Part shown: positions 21,059-30,638 of the stretch, one piece after another
Layout of the letters: each line of letters opens with the position of its first letter
How positions within the stretch are numbered: position 1 is the first letter of the stretch
DNA from: a virus
Taxonomy: Duplodnaviria; Heunggongvirae; Uroviricota; Caudoviricetes
DNA length: 36,941 bases
Reading direction: 5' to 3' (one strand)
Virus record (IMG/VR): IMGVR_UViG_2563366846_000004
Position numbers and translations under genes: made by a program
The notes under the pieces: generated by a model
Databases searched by the model: none
Told to the model about the DNA's origin: nothing
Seen by the model: the letters and a program-made list of their open reading frames with translations, nothing else

Positions 21059-21089
21059 ACCCGCCGTCGAGCGGGTTTTTCCATTTTTT
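21059..21089 (+). terminator. Rho-independent terminator upstream of the holin gene (tR'-like)
   Basis: Stem ACCCGC/GCGGGT with 6-nt loop followed by TTTTTCCATTTTTT. Confidence 0.5.
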
Positions 21090-21218
21090 GAGTCTCGATA
21101 TTAGCTGATAACCCAATACCTGAGTTATTCACTGACTCCGAATCTGTTACGTTTCTGCCTTTATTGCGATACGTAGTATCCCCTTAATTTACACCCGCTT
21201 TGTCTGCGAGGTGGGGTT

Positions 21219-21434
21219 ATGAAATCCATGGATAAGTTAACAACGGGTGTCGCCTATGGTACCTCAGCAGGTAGTGCCGGGTACTGGTTTTTACAGTTGC
21301 TCGATAAAGTCACGCCCTCACAGTGGGCGGCAATAGGTGTGCTGGGTAGCCTGGTATTTGGCCTGCTGACGTACCTGACAAACCTTTATTTCAAGATTAA
21401 AGAAGATAAGCGCAAGGCTGCGAGAGGTGAATAA
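21219..21434 (+). CDS. S: Class II holin, phage 21 S-type, 71 aa, with dual-start MKSM motif
   Basis: 71 aa; two hydrophobic segments; N-terminal MKSM gives two possible starts (holin and antiholin); followed directly by the endolysin. Confidence 0.8.
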
Positions 21435-21931
21435 TGCCTCCATCATTACGAAAAGCCGTTGCTGCTGCTATTGGTGGCGGAGCAATTGCTATAGCATCAG
21501 TGTTAATCACTGGCCCAAGTGGTAACGATGGTCTGGAAGGTGTCAGCTACATACCATACAAAGATATTGTTGGTGTATGGACTGTATGTCACGGGCATAC
21601 AGGAAAAGACATCATGCTCGGTAAAACGTATACCAAAGCAGAATGCAAAGCCCTCCTGAATAAAGACCTTGCCACGGTCGCCAGACAAATTAACCCGTAC
21701 ATCAAAGTCGATATACCGGAAACAATGCGCGGCGCTCTTTACTCATTCGTTTACAACGTGGGTGCTGGCAATTTCAGAACATCGACGCTTCTTCGCAAAA
21801 TAAACCAGGGCGATATCAAAGGCGCATGTGATCAGCTACGTCGCTGGACATATGCTGGCGGTAAGCAATGGAAAGGTCTCATGACTCGTCGTGAGATTGA
21901 GCGTGAAATCTGTTTGTGGGGTCAGCAATGA
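21434..21931 (+). CDS. R: SAR endolysin (phage lysozyme with signal-anchor-release N-terminus), 165 aa
   Basis: Gly/Ala-rich hydrophobic N-terminus [18 protein letters not shown] followed by a lysozyme domain; start overlaps the holin stop. Confidence 0.85.
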   Translation: MPPSLRKAVAAAIGGGAIAIASVLITGPSGNDGLEGVSYIPYKDIVGVWTVCHGHTGKDIMLGKTYTKAECKALLNKDLATVARQINPYIKVDIPETMRGALYSFVYNVGAGNFRTSTLLRKINQGDIKGACDQLRRWTYAGGKQWKGLMTRREIEREICLWGQQ

Positions 21932-22389
21932 ACAGAGTAACCGCGATTATCTCCGCTCTGGTTATCTGCATCATCGTCTGCCTGTCATGGGCTGTTAATC
22001 ATTACCGTGATAACGCCATTACCTACAAAGCCCAGCGCGACAAAAATGCCAGAGAACTGACGCTGGCGAACGCGGCAATTACTGACATACAGATGCGTCA
22101 GCGTGATGTTGCTGCGCTCGATGCAAAATACACGAAGGAGTTAGCTGATGCGAAAGCTGAAAATGATGCTCTGCGTGATGATGTTGCCGCTGGTCGTCGT
22201 CGGTTGCACATCAAAGCAGTCTGTCAGTCAGTGCGTGAAGCCACCACCGCCTCCGGCGTGGATAATGCAGCCTCCCCCCGACTGGCAGACACCGCTGAAC
22301 GGGATTATTTCACCCTCAGAGAGAGGCTGATCACTATGCAAAAACAACTGGAAGGAACCCAGAAGTATATTAATGAGCAGTGCAGATAG
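21928..22389 (+). CDS. Rz: Rz inner-membrane spanin, 153 aa
   Basis: N-terminal transmembrane segment then coiled-coil; ATGA overlap with the endolysin stop. Confidence 0.8.
   Translation: MNRVTAIISALVICIIVCLSWAVNHYRDNAITYKAQRDKNARELTLANAAITDIQMRQRDVAALDAKYTKELADAKAENDALRDDVAAGRRRLHIKAVCQSVREATTASGVDNAASPRLADTAERDYFTLRERLITMQKQLEGTQKYINEQCR
22148..22330 (+). CDS. Rz1: Rz1 outer-membrane lipoprotein spanin, 60 aa, embedded in the +1 frame of Rz
   Basis: Lipoprotein signal with lipobox VVVGC, proline-rich mature part (PPPPP); lies entirely inside Rz. Confidence 0.75.
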   Translation: MRKLKMMLCVMMLPLVVVGCTSKQSVSQCVKPPPPPAWIMQPPPDWQTPLNGIISPSERG

Positions 22390-22420
22390 AGCTGCCCATA
22401 TCGATGGGCAACTCATGCAA

Positions 22421-22714
22421 TTATTGTGAGCAATACACACGCGCTTCCAGCGGAGTATAAATGCCTAAAGTAATAAAACCGAGCAATCCATTTACGAATG
22501 TTTGCTGGGTTTCTGTTTTAACAACATTTTCTGCGCCGCCACAAATTTTGGCTGCATCAACAGTTTTCTCCTGTCCAATTCCCGAAACGAAGAAGTGATG
22601 GGTGATGGTTTCCTTTGGTGTTACTGCTGTCGGTTTGTTTCCAACAGTAAACGTCTGTTGAGCACATCCTGTAATAAGCATTGCCAGAGCGGCAGAAAAC
22701 AACATTTTTTTCAT
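22421..22714 (-). CDS. bor: Bor serum-resistance lipoprotein, 97 aa
   Basis: Signal peptide with lipobox LITGC; 97 aa; opposite strand just after Rz as in lambda. Confidence 0.8.
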   Translation of the reverse strand: MKKMLFSAALAMLITGCAQQTFTVGNKPTAVTPKETITHHFFVSGIGQEKTVDAAKICGGAENVVKTETQQTFVNGLLGFITLGIYTPLEARVYCSQ

Positions 22715-23196
22715 CTTATTATCCTGCATTGTTAAAAACGGCAGAATCCTATGTGACAACAATTAAACGATAGTTAAATGGATTGATGAAAATTAAAACT
22801 ATATAGGTGTACGCTCAGACTATTGGAGGAAGTTGGGGACACTCAGAATCCTGTGGAATGAAATAAACCGGTCTATCCGTCTATTACCCTTTTAGCTGCG
22901 CTGTATCGTCGCCGTATTCCCGCATTAACCATGACCGTAGCCCGACGGGGAATTCCTTCTGCGTGAGTGTGCGGGAATAATTAAAAACGATGCACACCGG
23001 GTTTTTACCGCGTTAATGATTCGCGGGTTTATCCCGGTGCGATGGTGGAAGAAACAGGAAGCTGTATTACAGAAAGTGCTACTACTGTATCCCGATGCGA
23101 TGTATGTAATGTGAGTCAGATAATGGCACAGGATGTGGTGATGTGGCAGTCTGGAACACAGGATATATTGTCAGAATAAGACCCGTAGGAATAAAA

Positions 23197-23523
23197 ATGA
23201 AAAGACGCCTTTTACTACTTTTTCTGTTATCTGTCCTGGCAGTGGGATGCTCGCAGCAAAAAGCTGATGAGCCCCGGCAATTAGTGACGGTGTATCCACG
23301 ATATCCGGAATATGCTGCAGCAAATTATATCAAGGGGCTGGTTGAGGTTAAGTTCGATATTGGTGCTGATGGGACTGTGACACGGATCGTTTTTCTCCGC
23401 TCAGAGCCTCATAATTTGTTTCGTGATGAAGTGGTGAAGGCCATGGCGAAATGGCGATTTGAAAAGAATCGCCCCTGTCAGGGAGTGAAGAGACAATTTA
23501 TCTTTACGCCGTCACGTCCTTGA
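23197..23523 (+). CDS. Putative envelope lipoprotein, about 108 aa
   Basis: Signal peptide MKRRLLLLFLLSVLAVGC with lipobox; position matches the putative envelope protein gene after bor in lambda and DLP12. Confidence 0.5.
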   Translation: MKRRLLLLFLLSVLAVGCSQQKADEPRQLVTVYPRYPEYAAANYIKGLVEVKFDIGADGTVTRIVFLRSEPHNLFRDEVVKAMAKWRFEKNRPCQGVKRQFIFTPSRP

Positions 23524-23645
23524 TGCTTCCAGGTAGAGAGGGGCTGGAAGCAGGAGAAAAATGAAAGAGCCAGCGGTTATATTTTTGTCATGGCTGACGA
23601 GGAATGATGGAAGAAGGCGTTGTATGCCACACAACGCCTCACTGT

Positions 23646-23999
23646 TCATTTCTTCTTTTTCTCTGGTGGAACCCGATGAATAAGAGTTGCACTGGTTTCC
23701 GATGAGATGGCGATATACTCGGGCAAAGTATGCTGGCAGTTTTCCAACTGGTCAAAAATACCTGCTCTCGTCTGTTGCAATGCCTGCAGCATGCGGCGGC
23801 AATGCGCCTTGCTTTTACTAACCATCTTTCCTTCCTCTATCAGTCGCTGCGTGAACTCATCATGGAATACCAGGTAAATGCGGATGTTATCGGTTTTGGC
23901 TACGCAGCATAGTACAAAACGGACAGGTGCATCCCGGGACGGGGGAGGCGTCACATGTCCCTGTGATGGTTGTTCCGGGTAATGTACTGTGTGGGGCAT
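23646..23999 (-). CDS. Hypothetical protein; start uncertain, possibly only the C-terminal 59 residues are real
   Basis: ORF in the bor-cos interval; no support beyond the open frame. Confidence 0.25.
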   Translation of the reverse strand: MPHTVHYPEQPSQGHVTPPPSRDAPVRFVLCCVAKTDNIRIYLVFHDEFTQRLIEEGKMVSKSKAHCRRMLQALQQTRAGIFDQLENCQHTLPEYIAISSETSATLIHRVPPEKKKK

Positions 24000-24286
24000 A
24001 AAAATGTCCGATAATTTTACTTTCTACCGCAGTTAGTTGATTCGTTGGTCCTGGTAGCACATTGGGCGAGGATTTAAATGCCAGGCAACTGAAGGATGAT
24101 GTCGCAAGGGAGATAGCGAGAATATTTCTGATTTTCATTTGATGATGCCTCTGTGTGAAATGACGGTAAACGACGCACTTGTGCCGGCACATAATAGCAA
24201 GCACCATAATAGATCAGATTCGATTCTTGCTGTAAGTGATAATTATTCTCGTTTTCGGGTCCTTTCCGTCGATCCAACAGGTTACG

Positions 24287-24298
24287 GGGCGGCGACCT
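24287..24298 (+). other. cos: cosN: 12-nt cohesive-end sequence GGGCGGCGACCT, with cosB between here and Nu1
   Basis: Exact lambda cohesive-end 12-mer preceded by CAGGTTACG and followed by CGCGG, about 180 bp upstream of Nu1. Confidence 0.75.
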
Positions 24299-24474
24299 CG
24301 CGGTTTTTCACTATTTATGAAAATTTTTCAGGGAAAATCGTGTCGGTACTTCTCGAATATAACTTTTTGTTTTTTTTAATATTGCATCCGTAAAGGTCCG
24401 ACATGAAAGTGTCCGAAAATGCCTTTTTCTGGCGTTTTCATGTCGGGCCTTGTATTTGATAATGGGTTGTTTTC

Positions 24475-25023
24475 ATGAAGGTTAATAAAAAGAGGCTTGC
24501 CGAAATTTTCAACGTGGACCCGCGGACGATTGAACGCTGGCAGTCTCAGGGACTCCCTTGCGCCTCCAAAGGTAGTAAGGGCATTGAATCTGTATTTGAT
24601 ACTGCCATGGCAATTCAGTGGTATGCGCAGAGGGAAACTGATATCGAAAACGAAAAGCTCCGCAAAGAACTGGACGATTTGCGTGCGGCAGCGGAGTCAG
24701 ATTTACAACCCGGCACCATTGACTATGAACGCTACCGGCTCACAAAAGCGCAGGCAGATGCGCAGGAACTGAAAAATGCCCGTGAAGACGGAGTAGTGCT
24801 GGAAACTGAACTGTTTACCTTCATTCTGCAACGTGTGGCACAGGAGATTTCGGGGATACTTGTGCGTGTGCCGTTGACATTACAGCGTAAATATCCGGAC
24901 ATTTCACCATCACACCTTGATGTGGTGAAAACTGAAATCGCGAAAGCCTCCAATGTTGCAGCTAAGGCCGGTGAAAACGTGGGCGGGTGGATCGATGATT
25001 TCAGACGCGCAGAAGGCAGCTAA
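24475..25023 (+). CDS. Nu1: Terminase small subunit Nu1, 182 aa
   Basis: Lambda Nu1-like along its length by recollection ([39 protein letters not shown]). Confidence 0.85.
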
Positions 25024-26923
25024 TGCAGCCGGTGCGATAGCTACAGGGCTTTTATCTCTCATTATTCCTGTTCCACTGACGACAGTTCAGTGGGCCAATA
25101 AACATTATTACCTTCCTAAAGAGTCGTCTTATACCCCGGGGCGATGGGAAACACTGCCGTTTCAGGTTGGCATCATGAACTGTATGGGCAACGATCTGAT
25201 TCGCACGGTTAACCTGATTAAATCTGCCCGTGTTGGTTATACAAAGATGTTGCTGGGAGTGGAGGCTTATTTTATTGAGCATAAATCACGCAACAGCCTT
25301 CTTTTTCAGCCCACGGACTCAGCTGCTGAAGATTTTATGAAATCTCATGTTGAGCCAACGATAAGGGATGTTCCTGCATTGCTGGAGCTGGCTCCATGGT
25401 TCGGAAGAAAACACCGCGATAATACGCTCACCCTGAAGCGTTTTTCCTCCGGTGTGGGGTTCTGGTGTCTGGGTGGTGCGGCAGCAAAAAACTACCGTGA
25501 AAAATCCGTGGATGTGGTCTGTTATGACGAGCTTTCCTCGTTCGAACCGGATGTTGAAAAAGAGGGTTCGCCAACCCTGCTGGGGGATAAACGTATTGAG
25601 GGCTCTGTATGGCCAAAATCCATTCGCGGCTCGACGCCTAAAATCAAAGGCTCCTGCCAGATCGAAAAAGCCGCTAACGAGTCGGCACACTTCATGCGTT
25701 TTTATGTGCCCTGTCCGCACTGTGGGGAGGAGCAGTATCTGAAATTTGGCGATGATGCCTCGCCTTTCGGTCTTAAGTGGGAGAAGAATAAGCCAGAAAG
25801 TGTTTTCTACCTTTGTGAGCATCATGGCTGTGTGATCCATCAGTCTGAGCTTGACCAGAGTAACGGGCGGTGGATCTGTGAAAACACGGGCATGTGGACC
25901 CGTGACGGCCTGATGTTTTTCAGCGCCCGGGGTGATGAAATTCCGCCGCCGCGCTCCATCACTTTCCATATCTGGACGGCGTACAGTCCGTTCACCACCT
26001 GGGTACAGATTGTCTATGACTGGCTGGATGCACTGAAAGATCCCAACGGCCTGAAAACCTTTGTGAACACCACGCTGGGCGAGACCTGGGAAGAGGCTGT
26101 GGGCGAAAAACTCGATCACCAGGTGCTGATGGATAAGGTTGTGCGTTACACGGCGGCGGTGCCTGCCCGGGTGGTTTATCTGACGGCGGGCATTGACTCG
26201 CAGCGAAACCGTTTTGAGATGTATGTCTGGGGATGGGCTCCGGGAGAGGAAGCCTTTCTGGTGGATAAAATCATCATTATGGGGCGTCCCGATGAGGAAG
26301 AGACGCTGTTACGTGTGGATGCGGCGATCAACAAAAAATACCGCCATGCAGACGGAACCGAAATGACCATTTCCCGTGTCTGCTGGGACATCGGGGGGAT
26401 CGATGGCGAAATCGTTTATCAGAGGTCAAAAAAACACGGTGTTTTCCGGGTGCTGCCGGTAAAAGGCGCATCTGTCTATGGCAAGCCGGTGATCACCATG
26501 CCAAAAACCCGCAATCAGCGGGGCGTGTATCTGTGTGAAGTGGGGACGGACACCGCAAAAGAAATTCTCTATGCCCGTATGAAAGCCGATCCCACGCCTG
26601 TGGATGAAGCCACGTCGTATGCTATCCGTTTTCCTGATGATCCGGAGATTTTTTCGCAGACAGAGGCGCAGCAACTGGTCGCGGAAGAGCTTGTGGAGAA
26701 GTGGGAAAAAGGAAAGATGCGTCTGCTGTGGGATAACAAAAAGCGGCGTAACGAAGCGCTGGACTGCCTGGTGTATGCCTACGCGGCATTACGTGTGTCC
26801 GTGCAACGCTGGCAGCTTGATCTGGCTGTACTGGCAAAATCCCGGGAAGAAGAGACGACCCGGCCAACCCTTAAAGAACTGGCAGCGAAGCTGTCCGGAG
26901 GAGTGAATGGTTACAGTCGCTGA
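24995..26923 (+). CDS. A: Terminase large subunit A, about 642 aa
   Basis: Lambda gpA-like throughout by recollection; start placed at ATG 24995 (G-rich SD upstream) to match the lambda N-terminus, the track ORF begins at 24953. Confidence 0.9.
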
Positions 26924-27113
26924 ACTGCAGGCGCTGCGTCAGGCGCGCCTTGATTTATTAACCGGTAAACGGGTGGTGTCTGTCCAGAAAGATGGTCGCA
27001 GAATTGAATATACGGCGGCTTCTCTGGATGAGCTTAACCGGGCGATCAATGATGCGGAGTCGGTACTGGGGACAACCCGGTGTCGCCGTCGTCCGCTGGG
27101 AGTGAGGTTATGA
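26907..27113 (+). CDS. W: Head-tail joining protein W, 68 aa
   Basis: 68 aa, lambda gpW-like (LTGKRVVSVQKDGRRIEYTAAS). Confidence 0.85.
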   Translation: MVTVAELQALRQARLDLLTGKRVVSVQKDGRRIEYTAASLDELNRAINDAESVLGTTRCRRRPLGVRL

Positions 27114-28702
27114 AACGAACGCCTGTCCTGATTGATGTGAACGGCGTTCCGCTTCGTGAGAGTCTCAGCTACAACGGGGGCGGTGCAGGATTTGGCGGGC
27201 AAATGGCTGAGTGGTTGCCACCGGCGCAGAGTGCCGATGCGGCCCTGCTGCCCGCGTTGCGTCTGGGGAATGCCCGGGCAGATGATCTGGTGCGCAATAA
27301 CGGAATAGCGGCTAATGCGGTGGCTCTGCATAAGGATCACATTGTCGGGCATATGTTTCTGATCAGCTACCGTCCGAACTGGCGCTGGCTGGGGATGCGG
27401 GAGACCGCAGCAAAAAGCTTTGTCGATGAGGTGGAGGCGGCCTGGTCGGAATACGCCGAAGGGATGTTTGGCGAGATCGACGTGGAAGGAAAACGCACGT
27501 TCACGGAATTTATCCGTGAAGGTGTGGGCGTTCATGCGTTTAACGGCGAAATCTTTGTGCAGCCGGTCTGGGATACGGAAACCACGCAGTTATTCCGTAC
27601 GCGTTTTAAAGCCGTGAGTCCGAAACGGGTGGACACGCCTGGACACGGTATGGGGAACCGTTTTCTGCGGGCCGGTGTGGAGGTCGATCGATATGGCCGT
27701 GCCGTCGCGTACCATATCTGTGAGGATGATTTTCCGTTCTCTGGTAGTGGACGATGGGAACGGATCCCGCGTGAACTTCCCACCGGGCGTCCGGCCATGC
27801 TGCATATTTTCGAGCCGGTGGAGGACGGGCAGACCCGTGGGGCTAATCAGTTTTACAGCGTCATGGAACGGCTGAAGATGCTCGATTCCCTGCAGGCAAC
27901 ACAGCTTCAGTCGGCCATAGTGAAGGCGATGTATGCAGCGACGATTGAAAGTGAACTTGATACCGAAAAGGCCTTTGAATATATCGCCGGCGCGCCACAG
28001 GAGCAGAAGGATAATCCGCTTATTAATATTCTGGAGAAGTTTTCCAGCTGGTATGACACGAATAACGTGACACTGGGCGGTGTCAAAATTCCGCACCTTT
28101 TCCCTGGTGATGATCTGAAACTACAGACTGCGCAGGATTCAGACAATGGATTTTCTGCGCTTGAACAGGCGCTGCTGCGGTATATCGCCGCCGGTCTTGG
28201 CGTTTCCTACGAACAGTTGTCCCGTGATTACTCGAAGGTCAGTTACTCAAGTGCCCGCGCCTCCGCCAATGAGTCGTGGCGCTATTTTATGGGGCGGCGA
28301 AAATTTATTGCGGCCCGGCTGGCCACGCAGATGTTTTCCTGCTGGCTGGAAGAGGCACTTCTTCGGGGGATTATTCGTCCGCCACGGGCACGTTTTGATT
28401 TTTATCAGGCGCGATCAGCCTGGTCACGGGCAGAGTGGATTGGTGCCGGAAGAATGGCCATTGACGGGCTCAAGGAAGTCCAGGAATCAGTGATGCGCAT
28501 TGAGGCCGGACTGAGCACGTATGAGAAAGAGCTGGCGCTGATGGGCGAGGATTATCAGGACATTTTCCGCCAGCAGGTCAGGGAATCTGCTGAGCGGCAA
28601 AAAGCCGGACTCTCACGTCCGGTGTGGATAGAGCAGGCGTATCAGCAGCAGATAGCGGAGAGTCGTAGGCCGGAAGAGGAGACAACACCACGTGAGACGT
28701 AA
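27110..28702 (+). CDS. B: Portal protein B, about 530 aa
   Basis: Lambda gpB-like throughout by recollection; ATG 27110 overlaps the W stop (ATGA). Confidence 0.9.
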   Translation: MKRTPVLIDVNGVPLRESLSYNGGGAGFGGQMAEWLPPAQSADAALLPALRLGNARADDLVRNNGIAANAVALHKDHIVGHMFLISYRPNWRWLGMRETAAKSFVDEVEAAWSEYAEGMFGEIDVEGKRTFTEFIREGVGVHAFNGEIFVQPVWDTETTQLFRTRFKAVSPKRVDTPGHGMGNRFLRAGVEVDRYGRAVAYHICEDDFPFSGSGRWERIPRELPTGRPAMLHIFEPVEDGQTRGANQFYSVMERLKMLDSLQATQLQSAIVKAMYAATIESELDTEKAFEYIAGAPQEQKDNPLINILEKFSSWYDTNNVTLGGVKIPHLFPGDDLKLQTAQDSDNGFSALEQALLRYIAAGLGVSYEQLSRDYSKVSYSSARASANESWRYFMGRRKFIAARLATQMFSCWLEEALLRGIIRPPRARFDFYQARSAWSRAEWIGAGRMAIDGLKEVQESVMRIEAGLSTYEKELALMGEDYQDIFRQQVRESAERQKAGLSRPVWIEQAYQQQIAESRRPEEETTPRET

Positions 28703-30197
28703 TCTTTCACACATTATTGCCGCAGCATTCAATGAACCGCTGCTTCTGGAGCCCGCCTATGCGCGGGTTTTCTTTTGCGCGCTCGGGCGCGAGATGGGGG
28801 CAGCAAGTCTTTCGGTACCACAACAGCAGGTACAGTTTGATGCTCCCGGAATGCTGGCTGAAACGGACGAGTACATGGCCGGAGGTAAACGACCGGCCCG
28901 TGTTTACCGGGTGGTGAACGGTATTGCTGTACTGCCGGTGACCGGCACGCTGGTGCACCGGCTGGGTGGTATGCGGCCATTTTCCGGAATGACAGGCTAT
29001 GACGGCATTGTCGCCTGTCTTCAGCAGGCAATGGCGGATAGCCAGGTGCGGGGCGTACTGCTGGACATTGACAGTCCGGGCGGGCAGGCCGCCGGCGCGT
29101 TTGACTGCGCTGACATGATTTACCGCCTCCGTCAGCAGAAGCCGGTCTGGGCACTGTGCAATGACACGGCCTGTTCTGCAGCCATGCTGCTGGCGTCGGC
29201 CTGCTCCCGACGGCTGGTTACCCAGACATCCCGTATCGGCTCCATTGGCGTGATGATGAGCCATGTCAGCTATGCCGGTCATCTGGCGCAGGCCGGTGTG
29301 GATATCACGCTGATTTACTCAGGGGCGCACAAGGTGGATGGCAATCAGTTTGAAGCGTTGCCGGCAGAGGTTCGCCAGGACATGCAGCAGCGGATTGATG
29401 CGGCGCGCCGGATGTTTGCCGAAAAAGTGGCGATGTATACCGGTCTGTCTGTTGATGCCGTCACGGGAACAGAGGCTGCCGTTTTTGAAGGTCAGTCCGG
29501 CATTGAGGCCGGGCTGGCGGATGAATTAATCAATGCGTCGGATGCCATCAGTGTGATGGCCACGGCGCTGAACAGTAATGTCAGAGGAGGCACTATGCCG
29601 CAATTAACTGCAACGGAAGCCGCCGCGCAGGAGAACCAGCGAGTGATGGGGGTCCTGACATGCCAGGAAGCGAAAGGACGTGAACAGCTTGCCACGATGC
29701 TGGCAGGACAACAGGGCATGAGCGTTGAACAGGCCCGGGCGATTCTGGCCGCGGCGGCACCGCAGCAGCCGGTGGCATCCACGCAGAGTGAAGCCGATCG
29801 CATTATGGCGTGTGAAGAAGCGAACGGTCGTGAACAACTGGCGGCAACGCTGGCGGCGATGCCGGAGATGACGGTGGAAAAAGCCCGCCCGATCCTGGCT
29901 GCTTCACCGCAGGCGGATGCCGGACCATCACTCCGTGATCAGATCATGGCACTGGATGAGGCAAAAGGGGCTGAGGCGCAGGCTGAACAGCTGGCTGCCT
30001 GCCCGGGAATGACAGTGGAGAGCGCCCGGGCTGTGCTGGCTGCGGGATCAGGTAAGGCAGAACCGGTCTCTGCATCCACAACCGCCATGTTTGAACATTT
30101 CATGGCGAACCATTCACCGGCAGCGGTACAGGGTGGCGTGGCACAGACGTCAGCAGACGGTGATGCGGACGTGAAAATGCTCATGGCCATGCCATGA
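28692..30197 (+). CDS. C: Head maturation protease C (S49 / ClpP-like), 501 aa, with C-terminal scaffold region
   Basis: Lambda gpC-like protease core by recollection; probable GTG start; C-terminal part carries three tandem copies of a roughly 40-residue motif. Confidence 0.85.
   Translation: MRRNLSHIIAAAFNEPLLLEPAYARVFFCALGREMGAASLSVPQQQVQFDAPGMLAETDEYMAGGKRPARVYRVVNGIAVLPVTGTLVHRLGGMRPFSGMTGYDGIVACLQQAMADSQVRGVLLDIDSPGGQAAGAFDCADMIYRLRQQKPVWALCNDTACSAAMLLASACSRRLVTQTSRIGSIGVMMSHVSYAGHLAQAGVDITLIYSGAHKVDGNQFEALPAEVRQDMQQRIDAARRMFAEKVAMYTGLSVDAVTGTEAAVFEGQSGIEAGLADELINASDAISVMATALNSNVRGGTMPQLTATEAAAQENQRVMGVLTCQEAKGREQLATMLAGQQGMSVEQARAILAAAAPQQPVASTQSEADRIMACEEANGREQLAATLAAMPEMTVEKARPILAASPQADAGPSLRDQIMALDEAKGAEAQAEQLAACPGMTVESARAVLAAGSGKAEPVSASTTAMFEHFMANHSPAAVQGGVAQTSADGDADVKMLMAMP
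29595..30197 (+). CDS. Nu3: Nested in-frame scaffold protein, Nu3-like, 200 aa
   Basis: Internal ATG at 29595 in the C frame preceded by AGAGGAGG with 4-nt spacing; analogous to lambda Nu3 nested in C. Confidence 0.5.
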   Translation: MPQLTATEAAAQENQRVMGVLTCQEAKGREQLATMLAGQQGMSVEQARAILAAAAPQQPVASTQSEADRIMACEEANGREQLAATLAAMPEMTVEKARPILAASPQADAGPSLRDQIMALDEAKGAEAQAEQLAACPGMTVESARAVLAAGSGKAEPVSASTTAMFEHFMANHSPAAVQGGVAQTSADGDADVKMLMAMP

Positions 30198-30233
30198 AGT
30201 CAGTGCTGACCATCAATAGGAGGTTTTTACAAT

Positions 30234-30581
30234 ATGGTGACGAAAACCATCACTGAACAGCGTGCGGAAGTACGTATTTTTGCCGGTAATGATCCGGCTC
30301 ATACCGCCACAGGCAGCAGCGGGATTTCCTCGCCAACACCGGCACTGACGCCCCTGATGCTGGATGAAGCCACCGGGAAACTGGTGGTCTGGGACGGACA
30401 GAAAGCCGGTAGTGCGGTTGGCATACTGGTACTGCCGCTTGAAGGCACAGAGACGGCGCTGACGTATTACAAGTCGGGAACCTTTGCGACGGAGGCAATC
30501 CACTGGCCTGAAAGTGTGGATGAACACAAAAAGGCCAACGCCTTTGCTGGCAGTGCCCTGAGTCACGCGGCGCTGCCGTAA
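30234..30581 (+). CDS. D: Head decoration protein D, 115 aa
   Basis: Lambda gpD-like (NDPAHTATG, TPLMLD, YKSGTF); AGGAGG upstream. Confidence 0.85.
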   Translation: MVTKTITEQRAEVRIFAGNDPAHTATGSSGISSPTPALTPLMLDEATGKLVVWDGQKAGSAVGILVLPLEGTETALTYYKSGTFATEAIHWPESVDEHKKANAFAGSALSHAALP

Positions 30582-30638
30582 CACGTTATCAGGCCACCGC
30601 GGTGGCCTGACTGATTTCTGAATGAAAGGAACTGATTT

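Noticed and set aside
20691-21218. tRNA genes or a Shiga-toxin cassette between Q and the holin gene
   Set aside because: The interval holds the porin gene, an AT-rich region and a terminator hairpin; no cloverleaf-like sequence and no stxA/stxB-sized ORFs were seen.
23887-24393. ORFs 23887..24207 (-), 24074..24277 (-) and 24139..24393 (+) around the cos site
   Set aside because: They span cosN/cosB, which is expected to be non-coding DNA recognised by terminase; no ribosome-binding sites or recognisable products.
25052-26867. Minus-strand ORFs inside the terminase large subunit gene (25319..26119 and others)
   Set aside because: Antisense to a near-lambda-identical terminase gene; the high GC content gives long spurious open frames.
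29640-30050. Tandem repeats in the gpC/Nu3 region and iterons in O considered as a possible CRISPR array
   Set aside because: The gpC repeats are in-frame coding repeats of about 120 bp without spacer structure; the O iterons are the replication origin. No CRISPR-like repeat-spacer array was seen in the window.
27532-30190. Numerous ORFs antisense to or out of frame with portal and protease genes (for example 27590..28096, 28707..29282, 28729..29154)
   Set aside because: Overlap strongly supported head genes; Pro/Arg-rich low-complexity translations typical of GC-rich antisense frames.
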